A DNA stretch of 64,000 nt, taken from NCBI GenBank assembly GCA_039798445.1, contig JBDKFZ010000017.1, forward strand, positions 4,195 to 68,194, written 5' to 3'. Below, in pieces: positions 8,542 through 18,345 of this stretch. The stretch is from Candidatus Parcubacteria bacterium. Lineage in GTDB: Bacteria > Patescibacteriota > Minisyncoccia > Phycocordibacterales > EsbW-18. Positions within the stretch are counted from its first letter, which is position 1. Every line of letters begins with the position of its first letter. The notes below the pieces were generated by a model that was not told the DNA's origin, did not search any database, and saw nothing but the letters and a program-made list of their open reading frames with translations. The position numbers and the translations under genes were made by a program.

Positions 8542-8553
8542 TATACTACCCCC

Positions 8554-9582
8554 ATGTCTCAAGCGCTCTACCGCAAATACCGCCCTCAGGAATTCAAGGA
8601 GGTGAAAGGGCAGGATCATATCGTGGACGTCTTATCGCAAGGCTTGGCCAAGGGTGCCATCGGTCATGCATATCTTTTTGCCGGAACACGCGGCACAGGT
8701 AAGACGAGCGTGGCGCGTATCATGGCTCGTGCGCTCGGCACAACCGACCGCGACTTGTATGAACTCGATGCCGCATCGAACCGCGGTATCGATGACGTTC
8801 GCGCGCTTCGTGAAGCGGTGCACACGATGCCATTCGAATCGACGTACAAGGTTTACATCATCGATGAGGTGCACATGCTCACCAAAGAAGCATTCAACGC
8901 GCTTCTCAAGACGCTCGAAGAGCCACCGGCACACGTCATTTTTATACTCGCTACCACAGAGCTTGATAAACTCCCTGAGACCATCGTCTCGCGCTGTGAA
9001 GTGCACACGTTTAAATCTCCAACGCGCAAGACGCTCCGCGATCACATGGTGAACATTGCCAAGGAGGAGGGAAGAACGCTCGATGCCGGTGCCGCAGACA
9101 TCATCGCGCTTGTTGCTGGGGGTTCATTCCGTGATGCGCACGGTGTCTTGCAAAAGATTATGACGGCAACGGATGAGAAAAAGATCTCTGCGGATGACGC
9201 GGCACGCATCACCGGTGCACCAGCACTCTCGCTTGTAAACGATGTTGTAACTGGTATCGCCGAAGGCACGCCCGAGACTGCTCTTGGTGCCATTTCGACC
9301 GCCGCACAGAACGGCGTATCGATGAAACTCTTCTCTGAGCTCATCCTTCAGCGCCTCCGCGCGGTTCTTATGCTGCGTTTCGCTCCCGCATCCAAGGCAG
9401 ATATTTCTGAAGAATACACAGCAGAAGACGTCGAGCTTCTCGAGAAGCTCGCCAAAGACACAAAGTCACCAATCAACTCAGCATTGTTGCTCCGTTTTCT
9501 CGATGCATCCGCACAAATTGATCGCTCTGCGCTTCCATCGCTTCCACTCGAGCTTGCGGTGGTTGAGAGTGTTTCTCTATAG
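8554..9582 (+). CDS. dnaX: DNA polymerase III subunit gamma/tau, short form (clamp-loader AAA+ ATPase)
   Basis: YRPQEFKEVKGQDHIVDVL; Walker A GTRGTGKTS; Walker B IIDEVHML; sensor SRC. Only 342 aa, no Zn module or C-terminal tau domains. TATACT -10 box 8 nt upstream of ATG. Confidence 0.8.
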   Translation: MSQALYRKYRPQEFKEVKGQDHIVDVLSQGLAKGAIGHAYLFAGTRGTGKTSVARIMARALGTTDRDLYELDAASNRGIDDVRALREAVHTMPFESTYKVYIIDEVHMLTKEAFNALLKTLEEPPAHVIFILATTELDKLPETIVSRCEVHTFKSPTRKTLRDHMVNIAKEEGRTLDAGAADIIALVAGGSFRDAHGVLQKIMTATDEKKISADDAARITGAPALSLVNDVVTGIAEGTPETALGAISTAAQNGVSMKLFSELILQRLRAVLMLRFAPASKADISEEYTAEDVELLEKLAKDTKSPINSALLLRFLDASAQIDRSALPSLPLELAVVESVSL

Positions 9583-9589
9583 AAAGATA

Positions 9590-9660
9590 TTGCCGGACTT
9601 GGATTCGAACCAAGATACCCGCCTCCAAAGGGCGGTGTCCTACCATTAGACGATCCGGCA
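9590..9660 (-). tRNA. tRNA-Gln (anticodon UUG)
   Basis: Cloverleaf TGCCGGA-TC-GTCT-AATGGTA-GGAC-A-CCGCC-CTTTGGA-GGCGG-GTAT-CTTGG-TTCGAAT-CCAAG-TCCGGCA-A; U1:A72 is typical of bacterial tRNA-Gln; no CCA encoded. Confidence 0.75.
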
Positions 9661-9734
9661 GCCTTGCTGTCATTGACAAAATACAACAAAAATCGGAGTA
9701 ACGAAAGGATGTCCAGAATGGTATAGTGCCATCT

Positions 9735-11522
9735 ATGAAAACCAAATCGACTCAGAATAAGTATAAGACTTCCTGGGATTTCACCCTTTTGTATAAGAGT
9801 GACAATGATCCGCAGATTGAACGCGACATGGAGGAGATCGAACGAACGTGCGTGACGTTTGAAAAGAAGTATTCCAAAAAGGATTTTATATCGACGCCAT
9901 CAAAACTTCTTGCGGCACTCAAAGATTATGATGGACTCGAAGCGATAGTAAGCGCTGCGAAGCCGTGGTGGTACTTCGCTCTGCGCGCCGATTCCAACTC
10001 GGATGATACAAAACTCGCGGCTCGTTCGACGCACTATGAACAACGTCTCACCACTGCGACGAATCGCATCCAATTTTTTAGTCTCAAGATTGCTGCGATT
10101 CCCCAGTCGAAACATCGAGCCCTGGTTAATAACCCTGTGCTCAAAGCATACAAGTACTCGCTCGAACGCGCGTTCCGTGGTGCGAAGCATTGTCTTTCTG
10201 AAGGAGAAGAGCAGCTTTCATCTCTTTTGGATCAGACAAGTCACACGATGTGGGTGGATGGGGGTCAGAAGCTTCTTAATGAACGTACAATTCTCTGGAA
10301 AGGGAAGCCGATACCCGTTGCACAGGGAATCGCTCTATTGGCTGACCAGTCGATGAAAGATCGTCAGATTCTCAATACAAAGATCAATGAGACGCTCAAG
10401 GCGGCAAGCGGTTACAGTGAGATTGAGATTAATGCTGTGGTCAATCACAAGAAAGTACTTGATGAGCGTCGGAAGTTCTCCAAGCCATACAGCAGTACGG
10501 TTCTCTCATATCAAAATGACGATGCAACGGTTGAGAACGTCGTGGCGACTGTCTCGAAACGATTCGATATCAGTCATCGTTTCTATAAACTCCATGCAAA
10601 GTTGTTGGGGGTGAAGAAGACGACTACTGCTGATCGTGCGGCAAAAATCGGGAGCATCAAAAGGAAGTTCACGTTCCCTGAAGCTGTTGCACTCGTACGA
10701 GATTCATTCGAGTCCATCGATCCCCGATATGCTGCCGTTCTCGATCAATTTGTTGCCAATGGACAGATAGACGCTTATCCAAAAAAAGGTAAACGGGGTG
10801 GTGCGTACTGTTGGGGAGCAGGAAAGGAACACACATTCGTTCTCCTCAACCATGTGGATGACATTACGTCCACCGAGACTCTCGCACACGAAATGGGTCA
10901 CGCGATTCACACAGAGCTCTCAAACAAGCAACCGGCCCGATATCGCCATTACTCGACAGCAACTGCTGAGGTGGCAAGTACATTTTTCGAATGTATAGCA
11001 GGAGAGCTAATCGAGCAGAACCTCTCTGAGCGAGAACGTGTGGTTTTTCTTCACAATAAAATTCTGGGGGATGTGATGACCATTTTTAGACAGATTGCGT
11101 GTTTCAATTTCGAACTTGAATTGCATAAGCGCATACGAAAAGAAGGCCAGCTTTCGAAGGAGGTAATGGCACAACTTCTCGCCAAGCATCTCCGTTCATA
11201 CATGGGAGACGCGGTGAACGTAACCGAAGATGATGGTTATTTCTTTGCGTATTGGTCGCACATTCGCAATTTCTTCTACGTTTACACATACGCATTCGGG
11301 CAGATCGTCAGTCGCGCTCTTTTTGAAAAGTGGAAAGCTGATAAGAGCTATGCAAAGAAGATAGAGCAGTTTCTAAACGCTGGTGGTTCAATGACACCAG
11401 AGGATATTTTTGCAAGCATTGGTATCAATGTTCGTGATCCCAAGTTTTTCCTCGCAGGGCTCAAGGGAATCGAAAAAGATCTTGATCGACTTGAAGAAAT
11501 GTCTAAAAAGGCCTGGAAATAG
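9735..11522 (+). CDS. pepF: oligoendopeptidase F (M3B family zinc metallopeptidase)
   Basis: HEMGHAIH zinc motif, M3-family length and order. Start set at ATG 9735 (MKTKSTQNKYK); the track ORF begins at GTG 9726. TGgTATAGT extended -10 ends 7 nt before the ATG (leaderless-like). Confidence 0.9.
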   Translation: MKTKSTQNKYKTSWDFTLLYKSDNDPQIERDMEEIERTCVTFEKKYSKKDFISTPSKLLAALKDYDGLEAIVSAAKPWWYFALRADSNSDDTKLAARSTHYEQRLTTATNRIQFFSLKIAAIPQSKHRALVNNPVLKAYKYSLERAFRGAKHCLSEGEEQLSSLLDQTSHTMWVDGGQKLLNERTILWKGKPIPVAQGIALLADQSMKDRQILNTKINETLKAASGYSEIEINAVVNHKKVLDERRKFSKPYSSTVLSYQNDDATVENVVATVSKRFDISHRFYKLHAKLLGVKKTTTADRAAKIGSIKRKFTFPEAVALVRDSFESIDPRYAAVLDQFVANGQIDAYPKKGKRGGAYCWGAGKEHTFVLLNHVDDITSTETLAHEMGHAIHTELSNKQPARYRHYSTATAEVASTFFECIAGELIEQNLSERERVVFLHNKILGDVMTIFRQIACFNFELELHKRIRKEGQLSKEVMAQLLAKHLRSYMGDAVNVTEDDGYFFAYWSHIRNFFYVYTYAFGQIVSRALFEKWKADKSYAKKIEQFLNAGGSMTPEDIFASIGINVRDPKFFLAGLKGIEKDLDRLEEMSKKAWK

Positions 11523-11537
11523 GGTAGTAGAGTGCTA

Positions 11538-11566
11538 TTGACTTTTAGCTAAAAATCATATACAGT
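11538..11566 (+). promoter_or_regulatory. putative sigma70 promoter (TTGACT-N17-TACAGT)
   Basis: Followed by GGAGG Shine-Dalgarno and ATG 11649. Confidence 0.35.
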
Positions 11567-11648
11567 ATTGGGTAGAGATCTCAGGTCATTCGGACTCTAG
11601 AGATCACAAACAACGCAGCACCTTTCCAATTTCTGGAGGAATCAAGCC

Positions 11649-12362
11649 ATGAAGAACAATCTGTTGTTCGTCGCAGTCCTCGCGCTGTTCGCCCTCATCG
11701 CCGCACCCGCCGCACCCGCGGCAGCCGTCAGCATCTTCGCCGACGGCTTCGAAGGAGGTACGACGTGTGCCTGGTCATCCGGTGGTACGTGCATCATTCC
11801 GACGTTCATCGGCGACGATGCGTCGGTGGTCAATGGTTCTACCGCCGAGTACGAAGTCAGCTGGAGTCTGGAGAACGTCCATAACGGACCTGTCTTCCAG
11901 TCAAAGGTCATGTGTCGCGACCTCAACACGGTGAATTGCGGGATGTCGTTCACCATCCGCAAGGCCGATGGCACCATCTACACCGGTGGCGTTATGGCCG
12001 TCCAGTTGTCGTCGTCGAATTCGGCACTCGACAGTCCCACCCACTGGGGTATGGCGGGCAACGGAGCGGACCGCCCGTTCTCGGCGTTCATCGCCCTGAA
12101 CAACACAAATGGTACGGTTGGTTCGTACCGTGCGCGTGTCGAAGGCGTCTCATACGCCTTCGACAGCAACGATATGGTGGGCGATCGATTGCTCACCATG
12201 GGATACCAGACGGATCTGGTCAACCTCCTCAACGTTCAACCGTTGGGAGACCAGACCGAAGCGCTCCTCGATGCGCTTCCATATCCGCTCTGGAAGCCGG
12301 ATGTCGAGACCTTCATCGAGACGGCGGCCGGCAGCGGCGTGTTCAACAGAATCACTCAGTAA
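11649..12362 (+). CDS. secreted hypothetical protein (237 aa), higher GC (about 62%)
   Basis: N-terminal signal peptide MKNNLLFVAVLALFALIAAPAAPAAA; Gly/Thr/Cys-containing mature part; no family recognised. Confidence 0.6.
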   Translation: MKNNLLFVAVLALFALIAAPAAPAAAVSIFADGFEGGTTCAWSSGGTCIIPTFIGDDASVVNGSTAEYEVSWSLENVHNGPVFQSKVMCRDLNTVNCGMSFTIRKADGTIYTGGVMAVQLSSSNSALDSPTHWGMAGNGADRPFSAFIALNNTNGTVGSYRARVEGVSYAFDSNDMVGDRLLTMGYQTDLVNLLNVQPLGDQTEALLDALPYPLWKPDVETFIETAAGSGVFNRITQ

Positions 12363-12389
12363 CCTGTAACTGCACGATGCTTTACAGGT

Positions 12390-12424
12390 CAGGGCCTCCG
12401 CTCACGCGCGAGGCCCTTTCCTAT
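12390..12424 (+). terminator. rho-independent terminator
   Basis: AGGGCCTCCGC-tcac-GCGCGAGGCCCT then TTCCTATT. Confidence 0.5.
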
Positions 12425-12462
12425 TGGCAACAATTATTTGACACGTTTGATACTATAGATAC

Positions 12463-13206
12463 ATGTTGATTCTCATTTCCATCGCAGCATTCATCGCCAC
12501 CTTTGCCGGTGGTCTTTTGGCGCTCCGTTTCCGCGACAAACTCCACTTGGTTCTGGGATTCAGTGCCGGTGCTGTTATCGCGGTCGCATTCTTTGACCTC
12601 ATTCCCGAAGCCTTCGAACTTGCGGCAGGATTCCGCGAACCTACGACGATTGCGCTTTATATGGCGATCGGATTCTTTGCGTATCTCTTCATTGACCGCC
12701 TCCTCTTCTTTCATGCTTCACGACGTGAAGAACAGGATCACGGGATGGATATGCATGAGCATGCTCACACGCACGTCGGGGGATTGGGTGCGGGAGGATT
12801 GGTCGCCCACAGCTTCTTTGACGGTATCGCTGTTGGTCTCGCGTTTCAGGTGTCAGTCGAAGTCGGTGCGCTCGTTGCAACGGCGGTTCTCATCCACAAG
12901 ATTTCTGACGGCATCAGCACGGTGGGCGTTGTTCTTAAAGAAGAGGGAAGCCAAGGTCGTGCGATCAAATGGCTCACCTTCGCAGCAGTGGCTCCCGTTC
13001 TTGGCGTACTCTCAACCGCGGCAATCTCTATTCCCGAGAACGCACTCGGCGTCATGCTCGCAGTCTTTGCTGGGTTCTTCATCTACATGGGCGCGTCCGA
13101 TCTTATTCCCGAAAGTCATCACGCACACCCGAAGCTTCTCACGACGGTGATGACATTCCTTGGTGCGGGCGTTTTGTATGCCGCGATTAGCTTTGCGGGG
13201 GTGTAG
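12463..13206 (+). CDS. ZIP-family zinc/iron transporter (ZupT-like)
   Basis: Multi-TM; HSFFDGIAVGLAF and HKISDGISTVGVVL signature helices with metal-binding His/Asp; His-rich loop HGMDMHEHAHTH. Confidence 0.85.
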   Translation: MLILISIAAFIATFAGGLLALRFRDKLHLVLGFSAGAVIAVAFFDLIPEAFELAAGFREPTTIALYMAIGFFAYLFIDRLLFFHASRREEQDHGMDMHEHAHTHVGGLGAGGLVAHSFFDGIAVGLAFQVSVEVGALVATAVLIHKISDGISTVGVVLKEEGSQGRAIKWLTFAAVAPVLGVLSTAAISIPENALGVMLAVFAGFFIYMGASDLIPESHHAHPKLLTTVMTFLGAGVLYAAISFAGV

Positions 13207-13286
13207 GGGATGGACTTATCGGTCGTTCTCTTGTATTATCTCCCCATCAGGCCTTCGGGCTTTTTTGTTTCTATCTATAAAATCCC

Positions 13287-15068
13287 ATGGAAATCCGCAA
13301 CATCGCCATCATCGCTCACGTCGACCACGGTAAGACCACTCTTACTGACGCTATTTTGCGTCAGGGTGGTGTTGAGGAAGAAGGTGTATCCATGGACTCG
13401 AATGCTCTCGAACAGGAGCGTGGTATCACCATTTACGCCAAGAACACCTCGGTCCCGTACAAGGGAACAAAGATCAACATTCTCGACACACCAGGTCACG
13501 CGGACTTTGGTTCCGAAGTCGAGCGCGTGTTGCGTTCGATCGACTCCGTTCTCCTCGTTGTTGACGCTCAAGAAGGTCCAATGCCTCAGACACGCTTCGT
13601 CCTTAAGAAGTCACTCGAGCTTGGTCTCAAGCCAATCGTCGTCATCAACAAGATCGACAAGCCTGCCGCTGATCCTGCACGCTGTGAAGAACAGGTCCTC
13701 GAATTGTTCCTCGAGCTTGGTGCATCTGACGAACAGGCAAACTTTCCTGTCGTCTACGCGATCGGCCGCATGGGTATCGCCAAGGTAAAACTCGACGAAG
13801 ATTCAAAGGATCTCTCACCACTTCTCGAAGTCATCCTTTCACACGTCCCTCCTGCTTCATCAGCATCATCCGAGGCGCCTCTTTTGGCCCAGCCTTTTAA
13901 CCTCGCATACGACAACTTCCTCGGACGTCTCGCCGTTGCTCGTATCTATCAGGGCACTATCAGCATGGGACAGACTGTCAGCATCAAAAAGCCTGATGGT
14001 CACATTCGAACCGGTAAGATCACCAAACTCTTCACATTCAACGGCCTTCAGCGTGTTGATGTTCCATCGGCTGGTGCTGGTGACATTGTTTTGGTTGCCG
14101 GTCTTTCTGACATCTATATCGGTGAGACGATCTGTTCAGATCCCGAGAGCGAACCGCTTCCTGCCATCGCCGTCGATGAACCAACTATCGTTCTCACATT
14201 CCTCGTCAACAACTCTCCCTTTGCCGGAAAAGAAGGTAAGTTCGTTACGTCACGTCAGATCCGCGAGCGTCTCGAACGCGAGCTCGAAGTGAACGTCGGT
14301 TTGCGTCTTTCATTCCCAACTCCAGATACATTTGAAGTTTATGGTCGTGGTGAACTCCACATCGCCGTTCTCCTTGAAACGATGCGTCGTGAAGGATTTG
14401 AACTCCAGGTCTCTCAGCCAAAGGCCATCATGAAGGAAGAAGACGGAGTCGTCCTTGAACCGTTCGAGGAAGTTGTTGTCGACACGCCGAACGAATTCCA
14501 AGGCGTCATCATCGAACGTTTGAGCAACCGTGGTTTCGTCATGCAAAACATGCATGCACACGACCTCACAACGCGCATCACGTTCGAAGGACCAACACGT
14601 GGTCTCCTTGGATACCGTAACCAGTTTGTCGTCGACACACGTGGTGAGGGTATCCTTGCATCGCACTTCGTCGGATTCCGTAAGTACGCGGGAGAAATTA
14701 AGAAGCGCGCGGTCGGCTCGATGGTTACTATGGTTTCCGGCAAGACGCTCGGCTTCTCGCTCTGGGGTCTTCAGGACCGCGGTATCCTCTATGTCGGTCC
14801 TGCTGTCGAAGTGTACGAAGGCATGGTGATTGGTAACACCTCAAAGGGTGAAGAGATGATGGTGAACCCGACCAAAGGTAAGCAGCTTACCAACATGCGC
14901 GCATCGGGTACCGACGAAGCGATGGATCTCGTTCCACCAATCGATTTGACCATCGAACGCGGTCTCGAGTTCATGACCGAAGACGAATACCTCGAAATCA
15001 CTCCCAAGAGCGTTCGCTTGCGCAAGCAGTTCCTCAGCGAGAACGAGCGTGCTAAGTCCCGCCGATAG
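13287..15068 (+). CDS. typA: translational GTPase TypA/BipA
   Basis: IRNIAIIAHVDHGKTTL, DTPGHADFGSEVER, NKIDK; EF-G-like domain order; 593 aa. Confidence 0.95.
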   Translation: MEIRNIAIIAHVDHGKTTLTDAILRQGGVEEEGVSMDSNALEQERGITIYAKNTSVPYKGTKINILDTPGHADFGSEVERVLRSIDSVLLVVDAQEGPMPQTRFVLKKSLELGLKPIVVINKIDKPAADPARCEEQVLELFLELGASDEQANFPVVYAIGRMGIAKVKLDEDSKDLSPLLEVILSHVPPASSASSEAPLLAQPFNLAYDNFLGRLAVARIYQGTISMGQTVSIKKPDGHIRTGKITKLFTFNGLQRVDVPSAGAGDIVLVAGLSDIYIGETICSDPESEPLPAIAVDEPTIVLTFLVNNSPFAGKEGKFVTSRQIRERLERELEVNVGLRLSFPTPDTFEVYGRGELHIAVLLETMRREGFELQVSQPKAIMKEEDGVVLEPFEEVVVDTPNEFQGVIIERLSNRGFVMQNMHAHDLTTRITFEGPTRGLLGYRNQFVVDTRGEGILASHFVGFRKYAGEIKKRAVGSMVTMVSGKTLGFSLWGLQDRGILYVGPAVEVYEGMVIGNTSKGEEMMVNPTKGKQLTNMRASGTDEAMDLVPPIDLTIERGLEFMTEDEYLEITPKSVRLRKQFLSENERAKSRR

Positions 15069-15086
15069 TCCTTATTTCACAAAGTA

Positions 15087-15116
15087 TAAAACGACCCCCA
15101 CGAGGGGGTCGTTTTT
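15087..15116 (+). terminator. rho-independent terminator after typA
   Basis: AAAACGACCCCC-acga-GGGGGTCGTTTTT. Confidence 0.7.
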
Positions 15117-15153
15117 CGTATGTTTGTTTTATTTCGGAGTGAACGAACGTACA

Positions 15154-16362
15154 ATGGTGTCTATGGAACCGCTCGCATCGCGTATTCGCCCAAAGAACCT
15201 AAAAGAGTTCGTAGGACAAAAACATCTCACCGGGGTGGGGAAGCCGCTTCGCGTTGCAATCGAAAAGAAGCATCTCTCATCGTTTATCTTGTGGGGTCCG
15301 CCAGGTGTTGGAAAGACAACGCTCGCGCGTCTCTACGCGCAGGCGCTTGATGCCCGTTTCTACGAACTTTCTGCTGTTAACGCCGGCAAAGACGATATCA
15401 AAGCAATTGTTGCAGAAGGAAAAGGCGAGCTCACGTTTGACGCTCGTCCCAAGGTCTTGTTTCTCGACGAGATCCATCGTTTCAACAAATCACAGCAGGA
15501 TTTCTTGTTGCCGTTCGTCGAATCAGGGGAGCTGACGCTCATCGGTGCAACGACCGAGAATCCGAGCTTTGAGGTGATTGCACCGCTTCTCTCACGTACG
15601 CGCGTATTCACGCTCAATGAGCTCGATGCTGATGACATGACCGCAATCCTGAAGCGGACGAAGATTTCACTCCTCAAAGATGCACGCGAGTGGCTCATTT
15701 TGATGGCCAACGGTGATGCGCGTCAGATGCTGACACTCCTTGATGCGACGACCCAGCTCTATGGAAAGGTGACACTCGAGAATCTCAAAAACACACTCCA
15801 ATCGAAGCATCTTCGGTATGACAAGAAAGGGGAGGAGCACTTCAACACCATCAGTGCGTTTATCAAAAGCATGCGTGCGAGCCAACCCGATGCTGCGCTC
15901 TACTACCTTGCACGAATGATTGATGCAGGAGAAGATGCCAAGTTCATCGCACGCCGCATGGTTATCTTCGCCTCCGAAGATATTGGTGTCTCGCAGCCGA
16001 CTGCGCTTGTTGTCGCAAACGAAGTGTTTCGCGCGGTCGAAACAATTGGCTATCCGGAGTGTCGGCTCAACTTGGCTCATGGTGTTGTCTATCTTTCGCT
16101 CGCTCCAAAGGATAGACGAATCTACGATGCGCTCGGCGCTGCACAAAAAGACGTGCAACAGTACGGCAATCTCCCAGTTCCGATGAGTATCCGCAATGCA
16201 TCGACGAAGCTCATGAAAGAAATCGGCTACGGAAAAGGATACGAACGATATACCAAAGATGATTTGCTTCCGGATAAAGTAAAAGGTCGCACCTACTTCG
16301 AAAAAGAGCTGCCAGTGGACACTCCATTCAAAAAGGGAAAAAAGAGCGATAGTTCGGTATAG
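15154..16362 (+). CDS. rarA: replication-associated recombination protein A (RarA/MgsA AAA+ ATPase)
   Basis: LILWGPPGVGKTTLARL Walker A, VLFLDEIHRFNKSQQD Walker B, MgsA C-terminal helical domain. Start at internal ATG after the typA terminator. Confidence 0.9.
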   Translation: MVSMEPLASRIRPKNLKEFVGQKHLTGVGKPLRVAIEKKHLSSFILWGPPGVGKTTLARLYAQALDARFYELSAVNAGKDDIKAIVAEGKGELTFDARPKVLFLDEIHRFNKSQQDFLLPFVESGELTLIGATTENPSFEVIAPLLSRTRVFTLNELDADDMTAILKRTKISLLKDAREWLILMANGDARQMLTLLDATTQLYGKVTLENLKNTLQSKHLRYDKKGEEHFNTISAFIKSMRASQPDAALYYLARMIDAGEDAKFIARRMVIFASEDIGVSQPTALVVANEVFRAVETIGYPECRLNLAHGVVYLSLAPKDRRIYDALGAAQKDVQQYGNLPVPMSIRNASTKLMKEIGYGKGYERYTKDDLLPDKVKGRTYFEKELPVDTPFKKGKKSDSSV

Positions 16363-16370
16363 TTCTCTAT

Positions 16371-16964
16371 ATGGAAGCCCTTTCTCCTGTCATCGCTGTT
16401 CTCGGCCCACTCTTTGGAGAACATGTATATCTTTTGCTTTTCGTTGCGCTTTTCTTGGCAGGCGAGAGTATCTTCTTGCCCGCAGTCTATCTGGCTCTTG
16501 CCGGCAAACTTGATCTCAAAGTTGTAGTGATGCTTACACTCTCAGCGAATATTCTCTCTGACCTTGTGAGTTATGGAATCGGACACTATATTCCCGAAGA
16601 ACGCCTCCGCCGTTTTGTTGGTCCGCGCATCTCGCGGGGTATGGATGCCATTCAGGAGTTCTTCGTCAACCATAGTCTGAAAGTGGTCTTCGGTTCGAAG
16701 TTTGTCTACGGGACTCGGACTGTCGCCCATATCTTGGCGGGGGCTTTCAAGACCCCATTCACGCCGTATCTCGCTGTTAATATCTTGAGCAATGTCATCT
16801 TGAGCGGTGCACTTACCGGTCTTGCTATTGGAACGAAATCCTCGGTTGAAACGCTTTCTCAGGGTGTGTATTCGGCACAGATAGCATTCCTTGTTTTTGT
16901 AGTTCTCGTTATTGTTGGGCATCTTCTTATCGGCCGTATCATATCCCGCACATGGTCTCGGTAA
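16371..16964 (+). CDS. DedA/VTT-family membrane protein
   Basis: DedA signature; FVYGTRTVAHILAGAFKTPF; 197 aa; multi-TM. Confidence 0.8.
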   Translation: MEALSPVIAVLGPLFGEHVYLLLFVALFLAGESIFLPAVYLALAGKLDLKVVVMLTLSANILSDLVSYGIGHYIPEERLRRFVGPRISRGMDAIQEFFVNHSLKVVFGSKFVYGTRTVAHILAGAFKTPFTPYLAVNILSNVILSGALTGLAIGTKSSVETLSQGVYSAQIAFLVFVVLVIVGHLLIGRIISRTWSR

Positions 16965-17635
16965 TTATTCCAGCATTCGATGAGGAAAAGACAATTGCCA
17001 CTGTCGTGGCCGTCGCTCGCACACATCCTCAGGTAGCCGAAGTTATTGTTGTGGATGATGGTTCGACGGACGATACTGCGGCTCGGGCAGAAGTGGCTGG
17101 TGCACGGGTTGTCTCGCTTAAGAAGAATGGTGGAAAGGCTCAAGCGATGGAAGCGGGGGTCGAGAGCGCAACGAACGGCGTCGTTCTTTTTCTTGATGCA
17201 GATCTCATTGGTCTCACCCATGAACACATTAATCGCATCATTGGTCCGGTGATGGATGGCAGTCGTGACATGCATGTGGGAATCCATGCACGCCACTCGT
17301 TTTGGCTCAATAAGCTTTTGCGGGTATTTCCCATCATCGGTGGGGAACGGGCGGTCCGTGTTTCTTTGTGGCGATCCGTGCCAGCTGGCTACAAGAAACG
17401 TTTTCAAATCGAAATTGCACTTAATTATTTTTCAAAACAGGCAGGACGGGGGATGTCATTCGAGATCATCCGTGGCCTCGGGCGCGTTATCAAAGAAAAG
17501 AAATATGGAGTCCTCAGAGGCTTTATTGCCCGTCTCTGGATGATAGGCGATATCGTCGCGATATCATTCAATCTCTACATCTTTAAGGAGATTAGGAAAC
17601 CATTTGATATACTTACCACATGGATAGCATCATGA
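16952..17635 (+). CDS. glycosyltransferase family 2 (DPM1/GpgS-like)
   Basis: VSVIIPAFDEEKTI, VVDDGSTDDT, LFLDADL (DxD); 227 aa. Confidence 0.8.
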   Translation: MVSVIIPAFDEEKTIATVVAVARTHPQVAEVIVVDDGSTDDTAARAEVAGARVVSLKKNGGKAQAMEAGVESATNGVVLFLDADLIGLTHEHINRIIGPVMDGSRDMHVGIHARHSFWLNKLLRVFPIIGGERAVRVSLWRSVPAGYKKRFQIEIALNYFSKQAGRGMSFEIIRGLGRVIKEKKYGVLRGFIARLWMIGDIVAISFNLYIFKEIRKPFDILTTWIAS

Positions 17636-17874
17636 AATCAGAGATTTTCTTTGTCATTGCTTCTGTCGGCGTCATTGTTATTACAATTGGTGTCTCAATC
17701 GCACTTTTCTATATCATTAGGCTCCTCAAGACCGTTGATGAGGTCTCTGCAGACGTCAAAGAACACATCGCCGCATTTGGCTCGTGGGTCCGTGGCAATG
17801 CGCTCACCAAACGGTTTTTTGCCGGCGCTCGAAAGCCTCGTAAGAAACGAGCTTCTGGTACGGCAGAGGAGTGA
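17620..17874 (+). CDS. small membrane protein (84 aa)
   Basis: One N-terminal TM helix IFFVIASVGVIVITIGVSIALFYII followed by a basic tail; overlaps the GT2 stop by 16 nt. Confidence 0.4.
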   Translation: MDSIMKSEIFFVIASVGVIVITIGVSIALFYIIRLLKTVDEVSADVKEHIAAFGSWVRGNALTKRFFAGARKPRKKRASGTAEE

Positions 17875-17920
17875 TAGAATAAAAGGGTCGGTATTGTTCA
17901 GCAGTAATCATTCATTCGGT

Positions 17921-18310
17921 ATGGTACAGAAAAAATCAAGCGGCGCAGGAGTAGCGGTCGCGGTCGGAGCAAGCGCAGCAGCTCTCGGCGCGGCCGCGTA
18001 TTATCTTTTTGGTCCTCAAGGCAAACAGCACCGCGTTAAGGCGCAGGGTTGGATGATCAAAATGAAGGGTGAGGTCATCGAACGCCTCGAAGATCTCAAA
18101 GAGGTGAGCGAACCGGTTTACAACCAGGTCGTCGAAGCAGTCGCAACAAAGTATGCGAAGGAGTCGAAGACATCAAAGAAGGACATCCTCGCACTCGCAG
18201 CCGACCTCAAGAAGGGTTGGCGTTCGATTGTCGCATCGACACAGAGCAAAAAGAAGCCTGCACGAAAGACTAAGCCGGTAATGAAGAAGGCGGCCAAGAA
18301 GACCAAATAG
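17921..18310 (+). CDS. YtxH/DUF948-like membrane-anchored protein (129 aa)
   Basis: Start at internal ATG (MVQKKSSGAGVAVAVGASAAALGAAAYYLFGPQGK): Gly/Ala TM helix then coiled-coil and Lys-rich tail. The upstream part of the 219-aa track ORF is judged non-coding. Confidence 0.5.
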   Translation: MVQKKSSGAGVAVAVGASAAALGAAAYYLFGPQGKQHRVKAQGWMIKMKGEVIERLEDLKEVSEPVYNQVVEAVATKYAKESKTSKKDILALAADLKKGWRSIVASTQSKKKPARKTKPVMKKAAKKTK

Positions 18311-18345
18311 TTCTTATCAACCGTTATCAGCGCTAACGTATCACC

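Noticed and set aside
9348-9745. Two minus-strand ORFs (113 aa and 90 aa) overlapping the tRNA-Gln gene
   Set aside because: They cover a cloverleaf-perfect tRNA and the dnaX 3' end; no coding signals.
17651-17920. N-terminal 90 codons of the 219-aa track ORF
   Set aside because: Overlaps the better-formed 84-aa membrane ORF in another frame; the YtxH-like domain starts at the internal ATG 17921.
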